Shown piece after piece: positions 39,098-49,180 of a DNA stretch of 64,000 nucleotides. Where the stretch lies: positions 288,001 through 352,000 of the forward strand of contig CP084166.1 in NCBI GenBank assembly GCA_021513695.1, written 5' to 3'. The DNA comes from Candidatus Heimdallarchaeum aukensis (lineage in GTDB: Archaea > Asgardarchaeota > Heimdallarchaeia > Heimdallarchaeales > Heimdallarchaeaceae). The position numbers and the translations under genes were made by a program. Under the pieces are notes generated by a model. That model was not told the DNA's origin. It saw only the letters and a program-made list of their open reading frames with translations, and made no database searches. Positions within the stretch are counted from its first letter, which is position 1. Each line of letters opens with the position of its first letter.

Positions 39098-39952
39098 ATG
39101 TCGATGAAAACAACAATAATCCCTGAAGATCAGAAGATAGAAATAAAAGAGGAAACTAAAAGAAAACCTACAATTGGAGTTTATGCTTTGACTTCTTGTT
39201 ATGGTTGTCAATTAAAAATAGCTACTGTTTCAAAGATTCTTGAGATTGCTGAAAGTGTAGACATAGAAAGCTTTTACATGTTATCTTCTGATAGCAGTAT
39301 ACATAAGAAAGTCGATATCGCTTTTGTTGAAGGTTCTGTTTCAACAAAGAAAGATTTAGAAGAATTACTCGAGATAAGAAAAAATAGTAAAACTCTAGTG
39401 GGTGTAGGAGCTTGTGCTTTACAGGGCGGTGTCCAAAGCTGGAGTAATGGTATTAAGAGCTATGATGAGCTTTTTGAAAATGTATATGGAAAAAACAAGA
39501 TTGAGATATCAGAAGCTATAGAAGCAAAACCGATAGAAGAATATGTTGAAGTTGATTTTAGATTACCTGGTTGTCCTCCTGAAGAAGAAGAAATAATTTA
39601 TTTCATCTCTACTTTCCTATTTGGTTCATGGCCAGAAGAAAAAGACTATCCTGTATGTCAAGAGTGCAGATTCGCAGGAAATATTTGTTTGCTTATTGAA
39701 AAGAATGAGCCTTGTTTAGGTTCAATAACAACTGCAGGATGCAATGCACGTTGTATCTCATATAATGTTCCTTGTATTGGATGTCGAGGACCTGTACCTA
39801 ACGATGTAGCATGGTTTGATTCTCTAGCAAAAGTCTTTGTAGAGAAAGGATTTACAGAAGAGTATATCAGAGAAAGAATGAAGATCTTCGGTTCTCACCA
39901 TCCTAAATTAGAAGAGTTGTTAGCTAAAGTTTTTGGAGGAGAAAAAAAATGA
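39098..39952 (+). CDS. hydD: [NiFe]-hydrogenase small (delta) subunit, NuoB-like FeS protein.
   Basis: ALTSCYGCQ proximal-cluster motif, plus further Cys ligands (GACALQGG, CPP, C..C..C). Confidence 0.75.
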   Translation: MSMKTTIIPEDQKIEIKEETKRKPTIGVYALTSCYGCQLKIATVSKILEIAESVDIESFYMLSSDSSIHKKVDIAFVEGSVSTKKDLEELLEIRKNSKTLVGVGACALQGGVQSWSNGIKSYDELFENVYGKNKIEISEAIEAKPIEEYVEVDFRLPGCPPEEEEIIYFISTFLFGSWPEEKDYPVCQECRFAGNICLLIEKNEPCLGSITTAGCNARCISYNVPCIGCRGPVPNDVAWFDSLAKVFVEKGFTEEYIRERMKIFGSHHPKLEELLAKVFGGEKK

Positions 39953-41259
39953 CAACAATAAAATTTACACAACCTATAACCGTTGATCATATTGCGAGGA
40001 TTGAAGGAAAGGCAGGAATAGAAGTACAAATTAATGATAAAAAAGAAGTAGAAGTTAAAGTAAATATCTTTGAAGGTCCTCGTCTTTTTGAAAGTATAGT
40101 AATAGGAAAGAGTGTAGAGGAGGCAACAGCGGTATTTCCGAGAGTATGCTCTTTTTGTGCTGCTGCACATAAAATAACAGGATTGCTAGCTGCTGAAGAT
40201 GCTATTGGTTTACAAGTTTCAGAGCAAACAAGCAAAATAAGAGAACTAATGTATATTGGTGATATGATTGAAAGTCATGCTTTACATCTATTTTTACTAG
40301 CTTTACCTGACTTCCTAGGTTATCCAGATGGAATAAGCATGGGCAAAGAACACCCTTCTGTAATTAAAGCAGCTCTTCAACTGAAAGATTTAGGTGCTAT
40401 TATTCAAACAATTACAGGTTCTAGATATATTCATCAAGAGAATGCTTTAATGGGTGGTTTTGGAAAAATACCTACAAAGGCTAAACTAAACGAAATTATT
40501 AAACTCTTACATGATTCTAAAGATGTTTCTACTGTTGCACTTGAGCAATTTGCAAAGTATGAATTGTGGGAAGAAGTAAGTTCAGAGAGACTACATCTAG
40601 CTTTAGAACCAAAAAACGATGTTTATGGAATAATAGGAGAGAAAATAAAAGCAAGTGATGGAACAAGTTTTAATGCCAATGAATACATGAAAAATATAGA
40701 AGAAAGAGTTGTTCCACATTCATTCGCAAAGCATTCAAGTTATAAAGGAAAGAGGTTCACAACAGGAGCTCTATCAAGAATAACTTTGTTCAATTCTTTG
40801 TTAAATGACAAAAGCAAAGAGTTATACAGCAACTATAACAATTTCATTGATGCTAATAATCCACTATCTAACAATATAGCCCAAGCAATTGAATTAAGTT
40901 ATTTCATAGACCGCGCAGAAGAGTTAACTTTAGACATATTAGAGAATTATAAGGATGAGCAGCGTATAAAGCCTACTTTTAAAGAGGGTATAGGTTATGC
41001 CGTAACAGAAGCTCCTAGAGGGTTGCTAGCTTACATGATTAGTGTAAATGACGAGGGTAAAGTAACAAAAGCAGATATCATTACTCCTACTGCAATGTTC
41101 CTAGCACAAAAAGAAGTAGACTTGAAAAAAATGACAGAATCCATGATTGAGAAAGGAGTTGAAGATCCTTCAGAAATAAGTAAGAAATTAGAAACAATAG
41201 TCAGGTCTTATGATCCTTGTGTGTCCTGTAGTGTTCATGTTACTAAATTAAGAAAATAA
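39949..41259 (+). CDS. hydA: [NiFe]-hydrogenase large (alpha) subunit.
   Basis: N-terminal NiFe ligand motif RVCSFCAAAH (RxCxxCxxxH). C-terminal DPCVSCSVH followed by a short extension that the maturation protease removes. Translationally coupled: ATGA overlap with hydD. Confidence 0.8.
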   Translation: MTTIKFTQPITVDHIARIEGKAGIEVQINDKKEVEVKVNIFEGPRLFESIVIGKSVEEATAVFPRVCSFCAAAHKITGLLAAEDAIGLQVSEQTSKIRELMYIGDMIESHALHLFLLALPDFLGYPDGISMGKEHPSVIKAALQLKDLGAIIQTITGSRYIHQENALMGGFGKIPTKAKLNEIIKLLHDSKDVSTVALEQFAKYELWEEVSSERLHLALEPKNDVYGIIGEKIKASDGTSFNANEYMKNIEERVVPHSFAKHSSYKGKRFTTGALSRITLFNSLLNDKSKELYSNYNNFIDANNPLSNNIAQAIELSYFIDRAEELTLDILENYKDEQRIKPTFKEGIGYAVTEAPRGLLAYMISVNDEGKVTKADIITPTAMFLAQKEVDLKKMTESMIEKGVEDPSEISKKLETIVRSYDPCVSCSVHVTKLRK

Positions 41260-41720
41260 TGATTTATATGAACAAAACACTTATTCTTTCCCTTGGTAGT
41301 AGAGTAATGTCAGATGACGCTATTGGACATGTCATTGTTCAAAACCTTCAACAAAAGAAAGTTAAAGCTGATATTATTCAATTAGATACTGATATTTTCA
41401 AATTAAACTTATTTTTTGATAATCATAAAAGAATAATAATCATCGACGCTATTCAAAGCAGTGATTCACCAGGGACAGTTCATGTAATTCCTTTTCATGA
41501 TTTTGAAAAGGAGATCGAAGGAAAAATTAGAGGAAGTCATTTTTTGGACATGAAAGAAGGTTTAGAACTTCTGCGTATAGCTAACTCCAAAATTGCTGAA
41601 GCTGAAATATTTTTAGTAGGTATAGTTATTAAAAAAATTGAACTAGGAACGGATTTAACTCCAGTTTTATTAAAAAAAATTGATGAAGTTTGTAATATTA
41701 TATCTGATCTTATAATATAG
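41259..41720 (+). CDS. hycI: Hydrogenase maturation endopeptidase (HycI/HybD family).
   Basis: LGSRVMSDDAIGHVIV matches the GNxxxxDDGxG motif. The 153 aa length fits. It sits immediately after the large subunit. Confidence 0.7.
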   Translation: MIYMNKTLILSLGSRVMSDDAIGHVIVQNLQQKKVKADIIQLDTDIFKLNLFFDNHKRIIIIDAIQSSDSPGTVHVIPFHDFEKEIEGKIRGSHFLDMKEGLELLRIANSKIAEAEIFLVGIVIKKIELGTDLTPVLLKKIDEVCNIISDLII

Positions 41721-41730
41721 TTCATTAAAG

Positions 41731-41738
41731 TTTTTTTT
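41731..41738 (+). terminator. Oligo-T (T8) 11 nt after the hycI stop, candidate operon terminator.
   Basis: Direct reading: 'aaagttttttttgaa'. Confidence 0.4.
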
Positions 41739-41803
41739 GAATTCATATCTTCATATCTTAATTTTTTAATATATACTTCTGAAATTTAACAAGAGGGCAT
41801 GAT

Positions 41804-43621
41804 ATGAGCTTTTCAAAGAAAGAATTATTAAAATATGGTTTGACTTTTACATTAATTATAGTCACTGTTGTTCTTACAATGGTTTTTACTAAAGGAACAG
41901 TTCAGACTGGTGAACATGTAGCTACACTTGAATGTTATTACGACAATGGTAAAGAACAGTTTAATTATACATACACATTTAGTTTTGAGCTAATTAAAGG
42001 TTCAAGTTATCCTTCAGTTACTGAAGTATTACCTCTTGGAGACATCTATAAACTTTGGATTCAATATGTTCCCAAAATTCATGTTGGTTATGATGAACAG
42101 ATGTTCATAAAAGTCTCAATTACTGATTTGGTAGATGATAATGTTAAACCAGTTCCTGTAATTGGTAATTTTTCCTTGGAGATAAGGAGTCTTTCAGGAA
42201 AGGGACTAGATTTAGTTCTTCCCGCTTCTGGTATAGAGGAAGATTATAGAGGACAAAAGTGGATAGACTTTAAATTACGATTACCTTATGAAACAAATGT
42301 AGTTTTGTCTCTATTGTTTGTAGTGGGTATTCTATGGGTTACTGAAACCATTCCTTTAGTTGCTACAAGTTTTCTTATCCCTGTTATAGGAGTAATGGCT
42401 CTTAATTTAAGTGCAAAGGGTTTGCTTGCTCCATTTGCAGAACCTGTTATATTCCTATTTCTCGGTGGTTTTGTAATTTCTAAAGCAATGAATAGAACAG
42501 GGTTAGATAAATGGATTAGTCTCAATATTGTAAGAATTAGTCCTAACAAACCTAAAATACTTATGTTATTAATGATGACATTTAGTGCAATTTTGTCAAT
42601 GTTTATGTCTAATACTGCTACGGCTGCAACGATGATTCCAATAGCAACAGCAGTTTCTGATAAATTAAAAACAGGGAAAAAAGAAGAAGATGTTCATATT
42701 GAAAGATACGGAAAAGCTCTAATTTTAGGAATTGCGTATAGTGCTTCACTGGGAGGAATAGGATCTGCAATTGGTACTCCAGCTAACCCTATTGCTATTG
42801 CTCTATTAAGAGACTATGCAGGAGTAGAAATAAGCTTCATTAAATGGTTTGTATTTGGACTTCCTATTGTTTTCGTAATGTTGCCTATAATGTGGTTATA
42901 CATCTGGGCTGTTTACAAGCCTCAAGTTCCTTCAGGAAGAATAGAAAACGCAAAAGTGGCAGTAAAGAAAGAAATAGATAACATGGGTCCATTAAACAAA
43001 AAACAAATTTACGTATTATTTGTATTCTTAACAGCATTAACTCTATGGTTCTTGGAAAGACCTTTAAAGAAAATTATGCCTACTTTTTCAAGTAGTATAG
43101 TTGCTATTATTGCTGCAATTATGATTTTTGTTCCTAATGTTTTGCAAGATAAAGATATCAATGATTTAAATTGGAATGCTTTACTTATCTTTGGTGGAGG
43201 GCTAGTGCTGGGAGTTATTATGACTGAATCTGGAACAGGAGACATGATAGCTTTTTCAATTGCTAATTTTCAGATTACAAGTAAGTTACTATTCTTATTC
43301 ATAATTACAATACTAAGTGTAGCACTAACGTTTGTAGCTTCAAATACTGGAGCAGCAGCAATTATTGTTCCGCTGGTTATACCACTAGGATTAATATTTG
43401 ATATTGATCCAGTTTTGTTGGCTGTAATCGCCGCAATTGGTTCAAGTATTGATTTTATGCTTCCTCAAGGAACTCCACCAACAATGATTGCTTATAGTAC
43501 AGGAAAATATACAGTAAAGGAAATGGTGAAAATAGGATTTCTAATTGTATTACTTGGTACTGTACTTCTTGCCTTTGTGTTCCCATTCTTCTGGAGATTT
43601 ATTGGAGTAGTCTATTTCTAA
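41804..43621 (+). CDS. DASS/SLC13-family (ArsB/NhaD permease superfamily) anion:Na+ symporter with a roughly 170-aa N-terminal extracytoplasmic extension.
   Basis: Signature SNTATAATMIPIA (compare DASS SNTATTAMMLPI), with a second repeat SNTGAAAIIVPLV. About 12 TM helices. Confidence 0.6.
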   Translation: MSFSKKELLKYGLTFTLIIVTVVLTMVFTKGTVQTGEHVATLECYYDNGKEQFNYTYTFSFELIKGSSYPSVTEVLPLGDIYKLWIQYVPKIHVGYDEQMFIKVSITDLVDDNVKPVPVIGNFSLEIRSLSGKGLDLVLPASGIEEDYRGQKWIDFKLRLPYETNVVLSLLFVVGILWVTETIPLVATSFLIPVIGVMALNLSAKGLLAPFAEPVIFLFLGGFVISKAMNRTGLDKWISLNIVRISPNKPKILMLLMMTFSAILSMFMSNTATAATMIPIATAVSDKLKTGKKEEDVHIERYGKALILGIAYSASLGGIGSAIGTPANPIAIALLRDYAGVEISFIKWFVFGLPIVFVMLPIMWLYIWAVYKPQVPSGRIENAKVAVKKEIDNMGPLNKKQIYVLFVFLTALTLWFLERPLKKIMPTFSSSIVAIIAAIMIFVPNVLQDKDINDLNWNALLIFGGGLVLGVIMTESGTGDMIAFSIANFQITSKLLFLFIITILSVALTFVASNTGAAAIIVPLVIPLGLIFDIDPVLLAVIAAIGSSIDFMLPQGTPPTMIAYSTGKYTVKEMVKIGFLIVLLGTVLLAFVFPFFWRFIGVVYF

Positions 43622-43642
43622 ATTATTCTTCTTTTTATTTTT

Positions 43643-44506
43643 TTATTCTTCAAAAATTCTTTTTCTAATTTCTCTTGCTGTTGGAGTGTTAGCAATTCCT
43701 CCTAAACCTGTTTCTTTCAGTTCGTAAGCCATTTTCTTGCCCACATTACTCATTGCAGCAACTACTTCATCAACAGGAATGATGGAAGATACCCCGCTTA
43801 AAGCTAACTCAGAAGCTAGAAAAGCATTCATTACTCCAATAGTATTTCTCTTAATGCAAGGAGAAATTACTAAACCAGCTACAGGGTCACATACTAAGCC
43901 CATTAAATTGATCAAGCACAAAGATATTGCTTCAAAAATCTGACTTAATGATCCTCCAGCTAAATAAGTAATTGCTGCAGCGCTCATTGCTGAAGCTACA
44001 CCCACTTCAGCTTGACAACCTCCTTCACTCCCAGAAAGAGTAGCTTTATTGCCAATAATTGCTCCAACAACTCCTCCTACAATCAGAGCTTTAAGTGATT
44101 TTTCTTTACTTGTTTTTAATTTTTCTTCAGCTTTGAACAAAACAGCAGGAAAAACCCCAGAAGAACCAGCTGTAGGACAAGCAACAATTACTCCCATACC
44201 GCTATTATATTCTGCAATACTCATAGTCCAATAAACAGCTTCTTTCATATCTTCATCTAAAAAGAAAGGTGCAGAAGTTAATTTGTCACTTTGACCGATC
44301 GCTTCTTCGATAGGTAGAATAGTTTTCTCAGATAGAGCATTTTCAAGAGATTTTTTCATGGTTTCATAGATTTTGTTAGTTCTTTCAAGAATCTCTTCTT
44401 TTGTTTTGCCAGTTGTATGTATTTCTTCAAGAATAATAAATTCAGCAATGTCATCAATTTTGCTTTTTATAAATTCATCATAAAAATGAATAAATGATTC
44501 AAACAT
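43643..44506 (-). CDS. sdaAA: L-serine dehydratase, iron-sulfur-dependent, alpha subunit.
   Basis: SEGGCQAEVGVASAMSAAA signature. Length 287 aa. Confidence 0.8.
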   Translation of the reverse strand: MFESFIHFYDEFIKSKIDDIAEFIILEEIHTTGKTKEEILERTNKIYETMKKSLENALSEKTILPIEEAIGQSDKLTSAPFFLDEDMKEAVYWTMSIAEYNSGMGVIVACPTAGSSGVFPAVLFKAEEKLKTSKEKSLKALIVGGVVGAIIGNKATLSGSEGGCQAEVGVASAMSAAAITYLAGGSLSQIFEAISLCLINLMGLVCDPVAGLVISPCIKRNTIGVMNAFLASELALSGVSSIIPVDEVVAAMSNVGKKMAYELKETGLGGIANTPTAREIRKRIFEE

Positions 44507-45173
44507 TTAGAACCCTCACTAATTTTACGTTTTCTAATTGCTCTATCTCAGAAGAAAGTTCTTCAGAAATTATTGAGTTTACTTCAATCCAAGTTAGTGC
44601 TTCTCTTTTTCTTGTATTCTTGGTCAATTTCATAGAATCTATATTTATTTTATGTTTTGCAATCACAGAGGTTATTTTAGATATTATTCCAGGTAAATCT
44701 TTATGAACAATTATTAAAGTAGGCAAATCTGCGTTGAAACCTGCTTCATAACCATCAATTTCTTTAATTATAATATTTCCACCACCAATTGAGCTTCCTA
44801 TTAATTCGATTTTTTTGTTCTCTTTTTTTATTCGAAGTAATACAGAATTTGGATGAAAGTCTCCACCTAAATCACTTCTTATTATTCTAAATTTCATTCC
44901 ATTTTCTTCTGCGAAAAAGAAAGCCTTTCTTATTCTCTCATCATCAGGCTTGAAACCTAAAAGTCCTGCTACTATTGCTTTATCTGTTCCATGTCCTTTG
45001 TAAGTTTCTGAAAAAGATCCATGTAAAATAATTTCTGCTTGTGTTGGAGTATCACCTAATAATTGGTAGGTAACATAAGCTATTCTACAAGCTCCTGCTG
45101 TATGGCTAGAACTTGGCCCTACCATTATATGACCTATAACGTCAAATATTGAATCGTATTTCACATATTCCAA
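44499..45173 (-). CDS. sdaAB: L-serine dehydratase, iron-sulfur-dependent, beta subunit with an ACT-like domain.
   Basis: N-terminal FDVIGHIMVGPSSSHTAGACRIA. It overlaps sdaAA by 8 nt. Confidence 0.75.
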   Translation of the reverse strand: MEYVKYDSIFDVIGHIMVGPSSSHTAGACRIAYVTYQLLGDTPTQAEIILHGSFSETYKGHGTDKAIVAGLLGFKPDDERIRKAFFFAEENGMKFRIIRSDLGGDFHPNSVLLRIKKENKKIELIGSSIGGGNIIIKEIDGYEAGFNADLPTLIIVHKDLPGIISKITSVIAKHKINIDSMKLTKNTRKREALTWIEVNSIISEELSSEIEQLENVKLVRVLNV

Positions 45174-45188
45174 AAAAAGAATTTAATC

Positions 45189-46565
45189 TTAAACTTTCTC
45201 TTTATATTGTGGAAAAACTATACGAAAGACTACTTTTCCATTGTTATTTGAAGAGACCTCTATTGATGCATTATATCTTTCTAATATTTTTCTTACTAAA
45301 TATAACCCTAGGCCTGAGCCTCTATGTTCTCCAGCTGAGAATCCCTTATCAAAAATGTACTCTTTTATTGATTGATCAATTTTTGAACCATTGTTCTGGA
45401 TTTCTAGAATAGCCTCTTCATTATCTTTCTTTATATTAAATTCTATTTTATTTGCTTTACCATGTTTGATTGCATTAGAAATAATATTTGATAACGCAAA
45501 AATCAGCAATTTATCACAATTTACTTCCGCATCACCATTAATAGTAAATTCTATTGGTTCTGCTAGATAAATAATAATTATCTTTTCAATAACTTCTTTT
45601 AAACTAACAATTTCAAAGTTTAATGCTGATGATAATGTTTCATGAAGAATGTTTATTCTATGAATTAACTGAAAACCTCTATTTACAGCTCTTAGAGCTC
45701 TGTGAAGCAAATTTTTATCTTCTGTTTCTAAATAAACATCAATCATCCCTTCTATCACTAATAAGTCATTTTGTAAATCATGTCTTAAAACACTTAGTAA
45801 AGTTTCTAATACTTCACTGTATTTGTTAGCTTCAGCTATGGCTCTCTCTTGAGCTGAAACATTTATACCAGTTGCAATAATATATTCTACTTCTTTCTTA
45901 TTGCAGATAATAGAATAAGACCACGAAATCTCAACAACTTCATTTGATTTTGTTTGTAGTTCACTTACAAAACTAAATGGGTTACTTTTGCATTCAAGTT
46001 GTTTGAAGAAAATATCTTTTATTCTTTCTTTTTCAGTTTTAATGAAAAAATCCCAAAAATATTTTCCTTCAATTTCTTGAACTGAAAAGCCTATTAGTTT
46101 TTCAAGCTCGTTATTGAATTTTATGATTTTGCCTTTATTATCAATAACTACAAGTAAATTTCTTGAAATTTTTGCTATTGAATTGAAAATATCAAACTCT
46201 TTTTTTTCTACTAAAATATCTCCAGCAGTTTTTGATTTGATTGCATGTATAAGTAAATAGTTCTCGTTCATAGATTGACTGTAAAATAGTTTAAATGGAA
46301 TTTGGTTACCATGTTTATTAATTAATCTTCCATCTTCCATGAAAAAAATATCTTTTTTATTTTTTTCAAATATTAAATTACACACTTCATTTGGCATAAT
46401 TTTGGTAATTTTTTCATTAATTATCTCTTCTCGATGAAATTCTAGTTCCTTTGCAAGTGAGTTATGTATGAAAACAATTTCTTTGCTTTCAGTATTAATA
46501 ACTATAGAAAATACTTGTGAATCTTCTAGAAATTCAACTAATTTTAAATCGTCTAATTTCATCAA
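45189..46565 (-). CDS. Sensor histidine kinase with PAS domains. It is cytoplasmic (no TM helices) and an orphan: no response regulator is adjacent.
   Basis: H-box LSVLRHDLQNDL. HATPase N-box NAIKHG and G-box GSGLGLYLV. Two PAS-like segments lie upstream. Confidence 0.7.
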   Translation of the reverse strand: MMKLDDLKLVEFLEDSQVFSIVINTESKEIVFIHNSLAKELEFHREEIINEKITKIMPNEVCNLIFEKNKKDIFFMEDGRLINKHGNQIPFKLFYSQSMNENYLLIHAIKSKTAGDILVEKKEFDIFNSIAKISRNLLVVIDNKGKIIKFNNELEKLIGFSVQEIEGKYFWDFFIKTEKERIKDIFFKQLECKSNPFSFVSELQTKSNEVVEISWSYSIICNKKEVEYIIATGINVSAQERAIAEANKYSEVLETLLSVLRHDLQNDLLVIEGMIDVYLETEDKNLLHRALRAVNRGFQLIHRINILHETLSSALNFEIVSLKEVIEKIIIIYLAEPIEFTINGDAEVNCDKLLIFALSNIISNAIKHGKANKIEFNIKKDNEEAILEIQNNGSKIDQSIKEYIFDKGFSAGEHRGSGLGLYLVRKILERYNASIEVSSNNNGKVVFRIVFPQYKEKV

Positions 46566-46606
46566 AAGAAATAAAGAAAAGAACTATATATTCTTTTTTT
46601 TATGTC

Positions 46607-49063
46607 TTAAAACTCATCGCCGAAAAATAGTTCGTCTTTTTCTTCTTTTGGGAGTTTACTTGGCCACCAATTCCATTTTTGTGCAAGAGACATTATTGCA
46701 GGAACAAGAATAGTCCTAATAACAAAAGTGTCAACTATGACAGCAAAGCATAACATAAAGCCAAATTGATTTAGAACCATCTCTTTACTCAGCATTAAAC
46801 CTGAAAAAGCTATAGCCATTATAATTCCTGCAGCAGAAATTATTGGACCTGTTCTATATACCCCTTTATGTATAGAAGCTGTTTCTGTATATCCTTTTTT
46901 TCTATATTCACTTATTCTACTCAACAAGAAGATGTCATAATCTAGACCCAACCCTACTAGAATTGAAAAAGCCATTATAGGAGTGATCCAATACATAGCA
47001 TCTACTGTTTTAAGGGGTTCAAAAAGCCAATCTACAATATTCAATTCAAAAATTAAAACAGCAAATCCATATATCCAGCTTAAAGTTAAAGCAATAGTAA
47101 ACAACAGTCTCAAAGGAACAAAAACTGATCCAAACATTAGTGCAATAAGTACATAAACAATAATTATTGTAACTATTATCATTATCGGGAATAATTCATA
47201 CACCTTATCTATAGAGTCAACTATTGTACAGATTCCTCCTGCAAGATAAAACTTGTAGTCTGAAGAAGTTAAATTTGCACTGAATTCATCTAGGAATATT
47301 CTTACTTGTTTTACAAAATCTTCTGAAGCAAAGGGGTCAAAAGGTGTGTTTATTTGAATTACTGCTGAAGAATTAGAAGGGTTAACATATCTTTGAAAAG
47401 CGATTCTGTACAATTGAGCTTCGTTGGAATAGTAAAGAGAGGAATTAGAATCAAGAAATTGCAAAGCATAAATATAAGGAATAGGAAGGCCATTAGGTTG
47501 AGTGAAAATAGATAGAATATTTTCGTATGGAATATTCAAAGAGGTGTTTATGCTTTCAATTAATTGTTGTGCTACATTGAAGAAAGTTTGATTAAATACT
47601 GCATTATCCTCAGGACCTTGAATAATAATATAATAAGGAAAAATCACTCCAGGATCAAATTCTTCTATAAGCATGTTATAGGTCTGTACAGATGGCATGT
47701 TTCTTGGAAAAACTTGGTTTGTATCAACTGTATGTTTAAGTTTAACCACTTGGATACTTATTGGAATGGCTGCAATCAAAACAACCAAAATAATAATTAC
47801 AGAATATTTAGTTGAAAATTTAGAGATTCTATACCAGATAGATTTTAGTTGGTTTTCCAACTCAATGCTTTCTTTGTCTTTAACAGAGATGTCTTTTTCT
47901 TTTTTTCTTCTTTCAGCTATTTTCCTAGCAAAGAAAAAGTCACTGAAGAATTTCTGGAAAATCAAAAGTAATGAAGGAGTAATAGTTAAGTTTACGATAA
48001 TAGTTATAAGAACGGCAATTGAAGCACCGATTCCTATTGATTGAAGTAAATCCATTGGGAAAAATATTAGTCCCATGAAACATATAGCAAGAGTTAATCC
48101 TGAAACAATGATTGTATGTCCCGCATGTTCACTCATCAAGGCTACAGCAGTAGAAACATTTTTACCCTTTAATATTTCTTCTCTATATCTTGTTAAAAGA
48201 AAAAGGCTATAGTCGATAGACATTGCAATAACACAAGACATTATTACGCTAGGTGCAAATGAAATAACGTTTATTGAGTTGGAAATAGGTAACATGATTA
48301 AGAATGAAGTAAAAGTGCTTAAAATCATTGTAAATATGGGTATTATCATTAACCTGAAACTTCGTAAAACTAAAGCTAAAACAATAAGAGCTATAGGAAG
48401 AACAACTGCATCCATTCTTGCTAAATCATGTTTTGTTCCATTTTCAATATCTAAAATTAAAATATCAGAGCCTGTTAGACCGATATAATATTTTTCTTTA
48501 TCAATGTCTAGTTTCTCAATTTCATTTTCAAGAAAATTTTGTAAAGCTTGAATTTGATTTTTGGAAGCATTAAGATACTCAATAACGGTGATAAGAGAGT
48601 AACCATCTTTAGAAACAAGTTCATTAGCCAGATCTGTAAATCCTAAATTTACAAGAGTAAAGTAATCCTGCGTAGATTCGATTATTTCGTTATATTCAAA
48701 ATTTTCTAATGAAGAAATTATACTTTTTACTGTCTCATTAACTTCTTGATTTATAACTGATTGCTGCTCTTTGTTTTTGATTAAAATTATTATATTTGAT
48801 TCACTTTCTCTATCAGGAAATTCTGAAATAAATATTTCTTCGGCTATAGCTGATGGAGAACCCGCAGGAGAGTCAAAAACTAGTTTTGTATTAGACAAGA
48901 ATCTAGGCCCTAACCATACTCCAAACGCAAGAATTACCAACCAGAGTATTAAAACTACATGTTTATATTTTTGTAAGAACTTGTGATACAGTTGAACAAA
49001 TTTCATATTGAAAGATATTTCGTGCAAATTATTTATTATTTTCGTAATATTTTTTTTATACAT
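46607..49063 (-). CDS. MMPL/RND-superfamily exporter (12 TM, two large periplasmic-type loops).
   Basis: Two 6-TM bundles with SSD-like character, each followed by a roughly 250-aa hydrophilic loop. Length 818 aa. Confidence 0.55.
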   Translation of the reverse strand: MYKKNITKIINNLHEISFNMKFVQLYHKFLQKYKHVVLILWLVILAFGVWLGPRFLSNTKLVFDSPAGSPSAIAEEIFISEFPDRESESNIIILIKNKEQQSVINQEVNETVKSIISSLENFEYNEIIESTQDYFTLVNLGFTDLANELVSKDGYSLITVIEYLNASKNQIQALQNFLENEIEKLDIDKEKYYIGLTGSDILILDIENGTKHDLARMDAVVLPIALIVLALVLRSFRLMIIPIFTMILSTFTSFLIMLPISNSINVISFAPSVIMSCVIAMSIDYSLFLLTRYREEILKGKNVSTAVALMSEHAGHTIIVSGLTLAICFMGLIFFPMDLLQSIGIGASIAVLITIIVNLTITPSLLLIFQKFFSDFFFARKIAERRKKEKDISVKDKESIELENQLKSIWYRISKFSTKYSVIIILVVLIAAIPISIQVVKLKHTVDTNQVFPRNMPSVQTYNMLIEEFDPGVIFPYYIIIQGPEDNAVFNQTFFNVAQQLIESINTSLNIPYENILSIFTQPNGLPIPYIYALQFLDSNSSLYYSNEAQLYRIAFQRYVNPSNSSAVIQINTPFDPFASEDFVKQVRIFLDEFSANLTSSDYKFYLAGGICTIVDSIDKVYELFPIMIIVTIIIVYVLIALMFGSVFVPLRLLFTIALTLSWIYGFAVLIFELNIVDWLFEPLKTVDAMYWITPIMAFSILVGLGLDYDIFLLSRISEYRKKGYTETASIHKGVYRTGPIISAAGIIMAIAFSGLMLSKEMVLNQFGFMLCFAVIVDTFVIRTILVPAIMSLAQKWNWWPSKLPKEEKDELFFGDEF

Positions 49064-49180
49064 ATTTTATGCGCTCAGATGAACTTCTTAGTGGCAAAAT
49101 CGTTTAACCATCTAATTTTACTGTTTAAATTTTTTTTGAAACAGAAAAAGATTAAAAAAGGAAGAAAGAAACACTAAATT

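Noticed and set aside
39895-40235. Antisense ORFs inside the hydrogenase hydD/hydA genes.
   Set aside because: They overlap strongly supported, motif-bearing hydrogenase subunit genes.
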